From assembly GCF_009914755.1 (NCBI RefSeq), contig NC_060939.1: a DNA stretch of 64,000 nt, one strand, 5' to 3'. This document shows, piece by piece, positions 1 to 21,747 of the stretch (its first letter is position 1; each line of letters opens with the position of its first letter). Below the pieces are notes generated by a model. It was not told where the DNA came from. It searched no databases and was given only the letters and a program-made list of their open reading frames with translations. Source of the DNA: the human T2T-CHM13v2.0 reference genome, Homo sapiens. A program made the translations under genes and the position numbers.

Positions 1-660
1 GGAACCAATGTAGAGATTTAAACAGGAAAGTATACTATCAACTTTGTGTGTTAATAATTTGTTTCCAAGTAATCCCATGGAAGTGGGGCAGGGGAGTGGA
101 GGGTGAATATTGGTGAAACAGGAATGACTCGTGTTGTTGGTTATTGTAGCTGGGTGATACATACGTGGGGATCCACTGGACAACTCTCTCATCCTTTGTT
201 ATGTTCACAATTTTCCATGGAGAGAGATCAGGTGAAAGGCTGTAGCTCAGCAGAGAGATGATGTCTTGGACTGGGTGGCAGTGGTGATGGAGGGCCAGGG
301 ATGGATTTGGAATATGTATTTCCAAATATAATCAATCTGACATGGTGATGAATTGGATGAGAGGTAAAAACAAGAAGGTGTCAAGTATGACTCCAGATTT
401 CTGGCTTAAGCGAGTAGGATAGTGGGCTCTTTTGCTGAGACTAAATGAGGTAAAAATGGACTAGAAGAAAAGCCTAGTTGGAAGCAACAGTCACGAGTTC
501 AGCCTTGAACATGTGTGAGAGACATTTAAGTGGAGATGTCAAACTATATATGACTAAGAAGCTCAGAAGAAAGGTTTAGGCAGGAGGGATAAATTTCTGA
601 GTTACTGGCCCATAAGTGAGAAGAGGAGCTAGTAAGACTGTGCCAGGGAAAGTGGGTACA
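1..660 (-). mobile_element. L2 fragment (appears to continue at ~2440-2605)
   Basis: Typical L2 antisense text (gtcaagtatgactccagatttctggctt; gagttcagccttgaacatg; agtggagatgtc). Confidence 0.6.
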
Positions 661-689
661 CAAGGAACAGAAGCTATCAACAAGAATGC

Positions 690-1632
<943 letters not shown>

Positions 1633-1897
1633 TCTGTTGCCCAGGTTAGAGTACAGTGGCGCAATCATGGCTCGCTGCAGCCTCAACCTCCCTGGGCTTA
1701 GGTGATCCTCCCACCTCAGCCTCCTGAGTAGCTGGCACTACAAGCACATGCCACCATGCCCAGCTAATTTTGGTATTTTATGTAGAGACAGGGTCTCTCT
1801 ATGTTATCCAGGCTGGTCTCAAACTTCTGGCCTCAAGGGATCCTTCTGCCTCAGCCTCCCAAAGTGTTGGGATTACAGGTGTGAGCCACTGTGCCCA
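1633..1897 (-). mobile_element. Alu (AluJ-like)
   Basis: Diverged antisense Alu. Confidence 0.9.
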
Positions 1898-1963
1898 GAT
1901 GGTAGGGTTTTGTTGTTTTTTTTTTTCTTAACTACAATTTAAAACTGTTCTAAAAGAACTCTT

Positions 1964-2425
<462 letters not shown>

Positions 2426-2639
2426 AAGTAGAAAACCAGGTGTAAGGCTGTCATGGAAGCCAAAGGAGGGTTTCAAAAGATGGAGGAGAACGCAATGCTG
2501 AAGTCTGCTGAAAGGCCAAGTAAGAGCAGGACGCAAAGGCAGTCCCTGAATTTAACACTGCAGATGAGTTACTTTGGTCAGGACAACTTTGGTGCAGTAG
2601 TGGGGTCTGCTCCTCCTCCTTTTCTCCTGGGCCGGTGAC

Positions 2640-3460
2640 TGCATCCCAGGGATGGATGGTGAGGACAGGTCTCTGTCCACCAGCAAGGATGCTGCTGAGC
2701 ACAGCTGGAAACTCAGTCCCAGTCCAGCTCAGCGCCACATCCCCTCTGAACCTGCCCTCCGCCCTCCCTCGCGGGAAAAGACCACGGAGATACTGGGAAC
2801 GGATAGATAGGATTGCATCTTTCTCTCCTGGTTCCCCGAGGGGGTTGTTTGCAGTCGGGGAGGGAGAGGGACTGCCCTCGCCCCACGGCCTCACTGCCCT
2901 GTTCCCCAGTTCCCCAAGCCACCTTCACCTGCAGCACCTCCACCCCTCGGCTAGCACAGGCAAGAGCCACAAGCCTATTTTCTGCGCCTGCCTTGGAAAG
3001 GGCTGGGAAGCTGGTGAGGCAGCCGCACCCAGCATTCCACAGCCACACTCAGTGGCTCCAAAGCGGCGCCCGCGGCGGCACTGATCCCGCCCGGCTGGCC
3101 CCAGCTGACCCTTTGCAGGAGGCTGGTGGTCACAGCCAGAGCTTGCGCAGGCCGGGGAGCTGCCAGGAGTGCCGCAGCCGTGCCCCCACCTGCTGGGCTC
3201 CCGGGAAAAGGAGCGCGCGCCCCTCTGAGCCCCTTCCTGGTGCAGTGCGTGTACCAAGCGTGGTAACTGGCCTGGCTGAGGACGCCCGCGTGGGGACGGG
3301 CTGCGCGCCCTGCCCAGGCTCCTGCCAACTCGGCTCCCCCAGGCTGGGCTCGGCCGAGGGCTCAGATTCCTGACCAATGACCTCGTCTTGAGGAGCTTGC
3401 TGGGTCCTGGGACCTCCTCCTCCAGGGAGAACCCCAGATTGTCTAACTGCGGGAACGCTC
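2640..3460. promoter_or_regulatory. CpG/GC-rich island inside GRAMD2A intron 1
   Basis: Dense CpG (e.g. aagcggcgcccgcggcggc, gagcgcgcgc) against an AT-rich repeat background. Confidence 0.65.
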
Positions 3461-3464
3461 CTTA

Positions 3465-7710
<4,246 letters not shown>

Positions 7711-8039
7711 TTTAAGAGCTTTATTGGTTTTGATCTTAAAAGTATTATACACCTGTTAGAATAAGTTCAAACAAAACAAAGTATTCAGGCCACTTTGCCT
7801 GAATTTTATAATTAGAATAAACATACTATTTTCATTTAGTAAAAGAATTTTTAAAAAGGAGGAGAAGGAGAAGGCAGGAAAAAGAATTGTTCCAAAGGCA
7901 CTGCGATATTATTAATGAATAGACACCTCTGAAATTCAAAATTCCTAAAATCTCATTCTTCACTACATGGAAACTTTCAGAACCAACAGAAAAATAAAGC
8001 TTTGTTTTAAAAATGAACTTTGCCAAATCTACATGTGAT

Positions 8040-8290
8040 AAAAATCACACAAGACTAAATATAGGTCCACACACATGCAGAGACACAAATGAGTGCATGT
8101 AAAACTAGTGAAATCTGACTAAGGTAGATGGATTATATCAATGTCAATTTTCTGGTTGTGATACTGTTCTATTGCTATTCAGGATGTTACCATTGGGGGA
8201 AACTGGGTGAAGAATACATGAGATCTCTCTGTGGTATTTTATAAAATTGAATGTGAATTTACAATTCTCTCAAAACAAAAAGTGTATTTT
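8040..8290 (+). mobile_element. L1M (MC/MD-like) 3' UTR fragment
   Basis: gatgttaccattgggggaaactgggtgaag...gatctctctgt. Confidence 0.65.
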
Positions 8291-8823
8291 AAAAAGTGAA
8301 CTTTGTGCCTGGAAAAGTAAAACAGAGGTAGCTTTTCTTAGAGCTGTAGCTGAATTATCACTAAGAAGTCCCATTTTAGGTTCTCAAAGTTAGAGGCACT
8401 GAAAGGAAAGTACGTTTTAGTGAGCACCTACTGTGTACTAGGCCATTACACAGCCAGAGTACCTATGAAGCAGGTTAGATGTGAGTCTGTTTTATAGAAT
8501 GATAACGGGAGGCTCAGAGCCAGTAGAAACTCAGCAGTAACTTGTGGAGCAAGAATTTGAACCCAGGTCTGTCTGAAAGCTTAGGCTGTCCTATTGACTA
8601 CATGGCTGGAATGGCTTAAAAGACAAAACCAAACCAAACCCTTACTCAGTGTTATCCATATCAAGAAACTCCATATAAAGAAATAAATATTCGAGTGGGT
8701 GGGGAAAAAAAGGTGCATTGTAACTAGGCAACAGGAATTTCAAAATGTATGCCTATACATGAATATCATCTATTAGATCTGTCACTGCAGTCCTGACTAT
8801 TAGAAAGTTCTAATAGTCAATTA

Positions 8824-9147
<324 letters not shown>

Positions 9148-9579
9148 CTAGCTAATAATCCTTCACCAAGGAACAAACCTTTGTCCTCATGTTCCTTCCT
9201 TAATAAAACTGGATCTCCACTGCTGGTGTGACCAGGGCAAAGTCTGCTCCACAACTCTCTGTTCTCTTGTGTCTTCTTATATTGCAAGATTCATTAACTT
9301 TTCCAGTTTCTGTTTTCACATGGGGACACTTGGTTATTTCCCATTCTCCCAAGTCTTCCATCATTATGGACGCAGATTGACAATCTAATGTAAATTACAT
9401 GCCTCTGAGGTCCAGGCAAGAGTTGGAGGGTGGATCTGTGAACTCCTGGAACTTTGGGCAAAATTGTTGGGTCTGAACAAAGGAGTATGTTTCTGGGAAG
9501 AGAGCATTTCACTTTTATTAGACTCTCAACGTAGCCTATGACCCCCAAATGATAGAAAATACTCCTCTAATTAAGCAGC

Positions 9580-11010
<1,431 letters not shown>

Positions 11011-11542
11011 TAGCAATTCAGAATATAAACATGTTTCAACTTGTCTGGTAATGAAGGAAGCCCAATAGGAATACCAATTCTGAAGTACTGTCACTGGGTT
11101 ATTTTAAAATAAAATTTCTAAGTAATCCTTCAAAAATTCAAAATGTATTTTAAAATAGCATTTTGTGTGGCCTGAGTGATTACTGGCAGGTTTTGAGTAA
11201 TCTGATTAATTCTAACACATATTAGAAATATCTAAACTTTTTTCCTACAGAAGAGAGAAAAAAAATCCTAATAATCAGTCACAGTTGTTTGGTCAGGCAT
11301 ACTGCCCACGCTGCTGTGCGGTGGGTAAGGCAATGAAATGAAATACCAGCAGGATCTCGACAATTAACTACTATACCATTGATGTGCCATGTACAGATGT
11401 TAGGAGGAAAAGCAATTCATGTTTGATTTAAACTAATTCTTCAAGTGATCTTTACTTTAGGTTAAAAAGAAATAGAGCCAGCCAAAAACTGCTTAAAAAT
11501 TAACAATGTAATTACAAACATCACTGAGGAAACACTAATTTA

Positions 11543-15264
<3,722 letters not shown>

Positions 15265-15749
15265 AGGAGGGGCATACTGACTCCTCACTGAAGAATGGGA
15301 TAGACACCCTCTATTCTACCTCTCCCAGCAAGGCCATAAGTCTTTGCTCTGAAAGGAGCCAGACTTTAGAGCCGGCTACAGGTGGACATGGGGTGAAGAC
15401 ATCAGGTTGCGAGGGTACCCTCTCTCGTTCCCTAGGAGCCTGGCCCCTGCAAGGAGGGGCACCTTTAAACAATCAAGCATAGTGAGTGGGGCGGCAAGCA
15501 GAGCAGAGACACAGACGACAGCGGGGTGGAGCCCCACCAGTCCCTCTGAGTATAAGGCAGAGGGAGTCCCGCTGGGGTCCACATCCCTGTGTGTCTCGGG
15601 CTGATTTGGACACAAGGCTCACACATTCATCCTACCTGCCCCAGTGCTAGCTGGCCGAGGATGCCAGGCTGTACCCGACCTTAGGCTGTGCGGCTTGGAA
15701 CCTGGACCGGGGCAGGAATTGACAGGTTCCCCCAAACAATGTCACTCCC

Positions 15750-16900
15750 AGGACCCTAAGACCTCAAGCAGCAGAAACCACAATTCTGGATGTTACGTGC
15801 AGCGCCAGCTCCTGTCTGCCCTGCCTCCTTATCCCTTTCTCCCAGGGCGACTTTGGACCAGGTCTCGAGGCCGGGAGACCGGCCCCAGCCCGCCCGACCG
15901 GGATGGGCCTGGCGCCCGGGGGAGGCCGCGTCGTGCTGAGACAGCTCCGAGCTGCCTCCCCGCAGCCGCGGGCCGCTACAATACGGATTCGGCGGCGAGA
16001 GGAAACAGTCTGGCCCTCCAGGGGACGCAGGGAAATCCAACCTTTGGGTCGGGGGCAATTAGGACTGGGAGTCGATACTGCGGGCAACGAATGATGAATG
16101 AATAAATGAAAGGATGAACAGAGTGGCGAGGCGGAGATGGGCCATGCGGGGCGTCCCGAGGAGGGTGCCCTTCCTTGCCCCGATGCTGCCGGGACCGTCC
16201 CTCATCCCCCAGGTCGCAGCAGACTCAGCCAAGACACCCGGTCCTAGTGCGAACACCTCGCGGGCCCCGGGAGACGCCTGGGCGCGCGGTGCAGCTCTGG
16301 CCCGGAGCCCGCATTCCGGCGGCCGGGAAGTGCCTGCCCCGTGGGCAGAACGCGCCGAGTTGCCGCGGCCCCAGGAGCCGTCCTGCCCCGCGCGGCAGCA
16401 GCCCCTCGCGGCGGCCTCCGGAACCCCCGAGACCGGCCCCCGGGCCGCAACCCCTTACCCGCCCTCCTCGGTGGCCTCGCTCCGGCTTAAAGCGGTCATC
16501 CCGGCGCCTGCACCCAGCGCCCCGACCGCGCGCCGGGACCCAGCGCCCGCCGGACCCCGCCCGCCCCGTCGAGAGCCCGCCCCGCCCGCCCGCCCATTGG
16601 CGGGTCGCGCGGGCCGGGCACAGCCCATTGGCCGTTCCTCCCCCTCATTCCCCAGCTTCCCCAGCTTCTCTCCTTCCCCACCTTCCCCAGGTGGGGCTCC
16701 AAGCTCTGAGCAGATCCTAGCGCTCGGTTCCCCGGACTGGGAGGTCCCGGAGGCCAGGGCCTGGCGCGGCACCTCCTGTCCCTCACGTCGAGGGTATTGT
16801 GTCCCCTCTGGACGCTTCTGTCGTCCTAGTCTTGCGGCTTGGGTCCCTCTGCAGGAACCAATTCCGGCCCCTCTCCAACCTAACCCTTCCCAACATAGAG
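15750..16900 (-). promoter_or_regulatory. GRAMD2A: GRAMD2A CpG-island promoter
   Basis: CpG-rich; GC boxes ~16555-16593; two CCAAT boxes on the minus strand (16596-16600, 16627-16631). Confidence 0.85.
16459..16499 (-). CDS. GRAMD2A: GRAMD2A first coding exon (41 nt CDS); intron 1 extends beyond the left edge of the window
   Basis: ATG 16499, MTALSRSEATEEG(G), donor GG|gtaagg. Matches my recollection of the GRAMD2A N-terminus and the known PARP6-PKM-GRAMD2A order. Confidence 0.85.
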
Positions 16901-17754
16901 CTCCGGATAAGTTTCAATTTTACCGTCAGTGGGGAACACCAAAGGGGATATTGAACACCATGGTCTGACAGCCAAGTCACCACCACGAACCCGGGAGCCA
17001 GGATGCTCCCACGCACTTTTGCCGGAGTTAACATTGCAGTTTCTCCAAGGAAATACACTTTTGGAGGAGTCTGCAAAGGGGCTGAAGGTGGACACAAATC
17101 AAAGGCAGGGAAGCAGAGGCACAGCTCAGTGTGACAATGAGCTTTTGCCTGGCCTGCAGGCCCTTTCCTCTTCCATCCCCACCAGGACACTTGGTCCTTG
17201 GGAGTGTGGTCAGGGGAGAGGAAAAGCGCAGGCCAGATTTGGTCCCATTCCCAACTCTCTCCCCCAGCCCTTTGGCACTACAGCATCATGGTGGGAGGGC
17301 ACCAGCAAACAGGAGGGGTCCCAAGGGGAGCCTAGGTCCACAACTGAGGACCTGGGAGCCAAACCCAGTCTCAGGCGCCCAGAGCTGACTCCTCCTACAG
17401 CCCCCATAAGGGATACGCTAATGCAGGAAGACCAAAGTGGAAGAACCATGGCCAAGGCCACTTTGCAATTTGGGTTTATCTACCAGAGTGGGAGGGAGGC
17501 CTTGTCCCTGCTCTTTCCCATCTTCGGTTCACGTAAGCCATTAAAGTCTCCCCGCAGCACTGAAGGGGGCAACCTGTAACCCCTAAGATAGTAAGCTACT
17601 GCTTTCCCAGCGCCTCTGCACCAGGAGGTGGGCAGGATGGCAGGTGACACCACCATAGCTCCCACTGCGGGGCACGAGGCTGCAGCCATTCCCAGCCTGC
17701 TCAGAGGGCAGGGTTCAACCACCTCCCCCTCCCCAGCAGAAAAGAGAGGAAACA

Positions 17755-18375
17755 GGTGCTTCAGCTGTTGTTTATTGACATACAGGTAGGCTCTATAGCA
17801 ACAGGCCTGGAGGTGCTGCAGTAGTGGGGGAAAATGGAAGGTGGAGGGTGGAGTGTTTGCTGCAGGACAGCTGAGTGGAGGGTGGGGACAGGTGCAAACT
17901 GGAGAGGCCTAGAGAGCTAGAGAAGCAAGTAAGGGCCAGGGCCAGAGTCGGCTTCAATGGAACAACAGCCCAGTGCCCTAAGGCCCCTAACTCTTGCTGG
18001 CTGTTTCTTGACCCCAAGCCAGGGTTGGGAGTCCTCTGGGCATCCATTTTTTCTAAAGGAACTGGACAGAGTACACACAGGAAAGGAAGCTGTCACCCTC
18101 TTGCCATCTGGCTCCAGGGGCCTCCAGTCCAGCATTCCTCCTTCTTCCCTTGATTGGGTGGGGCCACATGATGGGCAGCCAGGCTCTGGGCTGTCCCACT
18201 AGAGCAGGCTGCAAACACAGCCATGTTTCAGTGAGGCGTTGATCTTCTTCCCTGGTGTCCCAACCTACCAGTGCCACGTTACAGCCCAGAGTGAGTTCTA
18301 CAAGCGTTGCTGGCCTAATGGATGGGCTGGGGGAAGGGGGTGGGACAGGGGCTGGAGGAGGGGCTCTGGGGTCCA
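17755..18375 (-). other. PKM: PKM 3'UTR
   Basis: Lies between the stop codon and AATAAA; C-rich proximal part. Confidence 0.9.
17771..17776 (-). terminator. PKM: PKM polyadenylation signal AATAAA
   Basis: + strand tttatt; U/GU-rich downstream element on the minus strand (cctgtttcctctcttttctg). Confidence 0.92.
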
Positions 18376-18482
18376 TCACGGCACAGGAACAACACGCATG
18401 GTGTTGGTGAAGCCGGAGCCAGGGCGCCATCCGGTCAGCACAATGACCACATCTCCCTTCTTGAAGAAGCCTCGGGCCTTGC
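18376..18482 (-). CDS. PKM: PKM last exon coding part (107 nt, TGA at 18378-18376)
   Basis: [35 protein letters not shown]. Confidence 0.98.
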
Positions 18483-19199
18483 CTGGAGGAAGAGAAGGGA
18501 GGTTGGTGAGTAAAAGCCAAGCCAGGCAGGTTTGCACCTGGGCAGCTGCCCCATAGCCTGAGTACTGAACTAGGCTGGCTGACCACTACTTCCTCACACC
18601 ACAAGGTGGCACCAAACTCACAGCCCAGGCAAACAGGAGGAAGGCCCTGAAATGTCCTTATCACTCAGATGGCAGGGTTGGCAGGGACCTTTGGACATCA
18701 TTCACTATCCTGGAGAGGGTGCAAAGCCTTGCCCAGGGTCAGAGCTAGCTGCTTCCTGTCATCTGATGATACCCTACCTTATACAGGGACAATGGCCACA
18801 TCAGTACGTAATCTGTGTATGCCACCCCACAGCACAGGAGCTGTGGCCAATTTTATTTAAAAAAAAAACAAAAAACAAAAAAAACTCTCAGTAATGAGCA
18901 GATGCCAAAAAATGGACAATTTTGCTTTGAGCCCCAGACTAGAAGAGAAGAGGAACTGAATTGCTCAGCCCTACAACTCAAAGGACCCTTTTCCCTCCTG
19001 GCTCAGCTTAGGACTTCGGAGAATGAGAGATTCAGAATGAACATTCCCAATAAGGGAGAGGAACAGTCGCTGGGCCTTTTGCCCCACTAAGGTCTGTGTG
19101 TTCCCCTTTCTATTCCCCAAACTTTCGGGGTCCCACAGAAGCCAATGCTCAAGCATCCCCAAGATCCTCTAGGCTCTAGCCCCTGCTCCAGCCACGTAC

Positions 19200-19381
19200 C
19201 AACATTCATGGCAAAGTTCACCCGGAGGTCCACGTCCTCAGCCCAGGCCTCCTGGACTGGGTCCTTGCACAGCACAGGGAAGATGCCACGGTACAGGTGG
19301 GCCTGACGAGCTGTCTGGGGATTCCGGGTCACAGCAATGATGGGGGCACGTGGGCGGTATCTGGCCACCTGGTGAGCAGAC
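19200..19381 (-). CDS. PKM: PKM exon 11 (182 nt)
   Basis: SAHQVARYRPRAPIIAVTRNPQTARQAHLYRGIFPVLCKDPVQEAWAEDVDLRVNFAMNV; ag/gt flanks. Confidence 0.98.
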
Positions 19382-21179
19382 CTGAGATGGGATGGGGGAC
19401 ATACAGAAGAGACCATTACACGAGGCCCCAGGAAGTACCCTCAGGGCGTTCAAACAGCTCACCCTCTCATCCAGCTCACTGAGGGCTCTGGCCTCTTCAA
19501 CATCTGCTCCCTAGGACCCCTCCCGAGGCTCGGGCAGCCCCTCATCCTATATCCCCCACAGCATGCTAGGTTACCATTTGCCCTCTACCCCCATTCCACA
19601 GGCCAAGGGCTCAGGATCACCTTGACCCAGCAAGATCAGCCTCACCCACTTACCCCACACAGCCCATGGTTGGCAGAACCCCTCCTACACCCTGAACTCT
19701 GACACAGAGAGGCAGCCCTGGCCCAATGTCACCAGCACCCATTCCTCTCGCTGCCAATGACAGTGACAAGCCAAGCAGCACGTGACTAGCACCTGACTCT
19801 TGACATCTGCAAGGAGCAGTAGCAGAGCTGACCAGCCCCCTGGGAATCAACATCAGGCTTCTCTACTTTTGTGCCCTCTCCCTGCCCCACATGGCCCCTA
19901 GCTCCTGAAACAGTCCCAGCAACTGGGCTATAAAGGCCCAGAATCAAATCTGAGTATCTAGATGAGGCTTAGAAATCTAGGTGCTACTCAGCAGGCAAGA
20001 ACAGGAAATGGGAGTGTTGCTGCAGGAGCAGCTCTGCCTGCCAAAGCTCCTTTGGAAGGCAGGGGACCCTTCTAAAGCCCCTCTGCCAGGCACTTTCTTG
20101 AACACTGACACTGCACACTTGTAGCTGCAGCTGTGTCTCAGGAGCTGGGGAGGGGCACCAGAAGGGAAGTTATGAGGACACTCAACAGGTGTCAGGGAAA
20201 CTTAAGCCACATCACAGCAGAGAAGTCCCTGCACTTCACGCTTGGCCTCTATGCAAGGCCTTCAGAGGGAAGCAATTGCTGAAGCCAGGACCAGCTGAGT
20301 GAAACCCCAGAAGACTAGAGCTTAAAATAGCCAAACAGCAAGAACTGGACCTTTTAAGAAAGGTCAACCCTACGGGTTGGAGCTGTTCAGCCAAGAGTGG
20401 GAGGCTGGAGCCCTCTGCTGAGGGCATCTGCACAGAGCTTGTGTCCTGGTTCTCTGGGCTGCCCACGCCCATCTGCTGCTCCTCAGTGCATGGGCACTGC
20501 CTGTTTGCTCCCCTCTTCCAGGAAACCCTTGCTGCCCTGTGGACAGGGACAAGGAGCATACTCCCTAACTAGGAGAGTGAAGGACATTAACTCAATGTCC
20601 TGGGCCAAGGAAGGGATCCCAAGTTGGAGGCCCAGCATAGGCCACACAGTCCTCAGCCTGGCTGCCAGGCCCCACAGAATGTCAGCCAAGATAGCACAGC
20701 AACCTCTCCTGAGCTGGAACCCAATTTGTCTTTAGGGCTCAAAAACAGCAGGGACTAGTGTGCCAAATGGAGGCACAGTAAACAGCATTTAAATAAATTC
20801 ATTTCCCAACTGAAATTTTTAAAGAGCACATAGTAACTGGAATAAGCAAAAGTGGTTATCTTTTACAATTTTAGAGGACTAAATTTTCAATATCAAATAA
20901 CCATTTGTAGTCAGCCTGTGCACTGTTATGTAATAAATCTCCAGCATAAATTTGCTTTTGATCCAAATGTTCTGACATTCCTTATGAGTGCTACCTAGAG
21001 TCCTTTGGGCCCAGGGAAGGGGCTCTGCTCAATCCTTCCCTGCAGGCCCAAGGTGGCAGGCAGAGGGGTCTTACCTTGGCTCAGTGCCACCTGAGCATTG
21101 TTCAATGGACTGCTCCCAGGACCCCCAAGGTGAGGTACCACTGAGCAGGGCATTCCAGGGAGCCGCTGCCGCCTCCTAC

Positions 21180-21346
21180 CTGCCAGACTTGGTGAGGACG
21201 ATTATGGCCCCACTGCAGCACTTGAAGGAGGCCTCCACGGCACCCACGGCGGTGGCTTCTGTGGGGTCGCTGGTAATGGGCGCCAGGCGGCGGAGTTCCT
21301 CAAATAATTGCAAGTGGTAGATGGCAGCCTCTGCCTCACGGGCAAT
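21180..21346 (-). CDS. PKM: PKM exon 10 (M2-specific, mutually exclusive, 167 nt)
   Basis: [55 protein letters not shown] (includes K433); ctag|ATTG...GGCAG|gtagga. Confidence 0.98.
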
Positions 21347-21747
21347 CTAGGGGAGCAACATCCGTCCAGAGGGACGAGAGGGGGACAGAGCTTTGTCAGA
21401 GCTTTGTCACAAAAGGAGAGGGAGGGGAAGAGTCACCGGACAGCTGGTGAGGAACATGTTCCTGGGAACAAAGGCCAAGAGGAGCCCAATCACTGGAGAT
21501 TCTGAGCTGAGCCAAGATCAAGACTCCACAGAAACCAGTCCTTCACCAAGTGCCTGTGACATCTACTGTGCCTACTGAGCCACAGGACCCTTTGGTCCTG
21601 CCCTGCCATGACCTCCCTGGCGGTGTTCCTACAGACGAGAAGAGGCTCTGTGCCCAGATGCCAGGTTGGGCCTGGCTGTCTTCTCCTAGAGCAGGTGGAG
21701 CAAGAGGCTGGTTATCCTAACAGTGTTACCTGCCCTTAGGGCCCTAC

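Noticed and set aside
2451-3377. Overlapping 110-186 aa ORFs in the intronic CpG island; possible processed pseudogene
   Set aside because: No recognisable parent protein, polyA tail or TSD.
15485-15590. GC box followed by TATAAG as a possible + strand antisense promoter
   Set aside because: Weak motifs expected by chance near a CpG island; no supporting exon structure.
15644-17579. Long overlapping ORFs (e.g. 16114-16968, 284 aa; 16929-17579, 216 aa) on the + strand
   Set aside because: Stop-poor GC-rich CpG-island sequence with low-complexity P/A/R/G composition and no recognisable domain.
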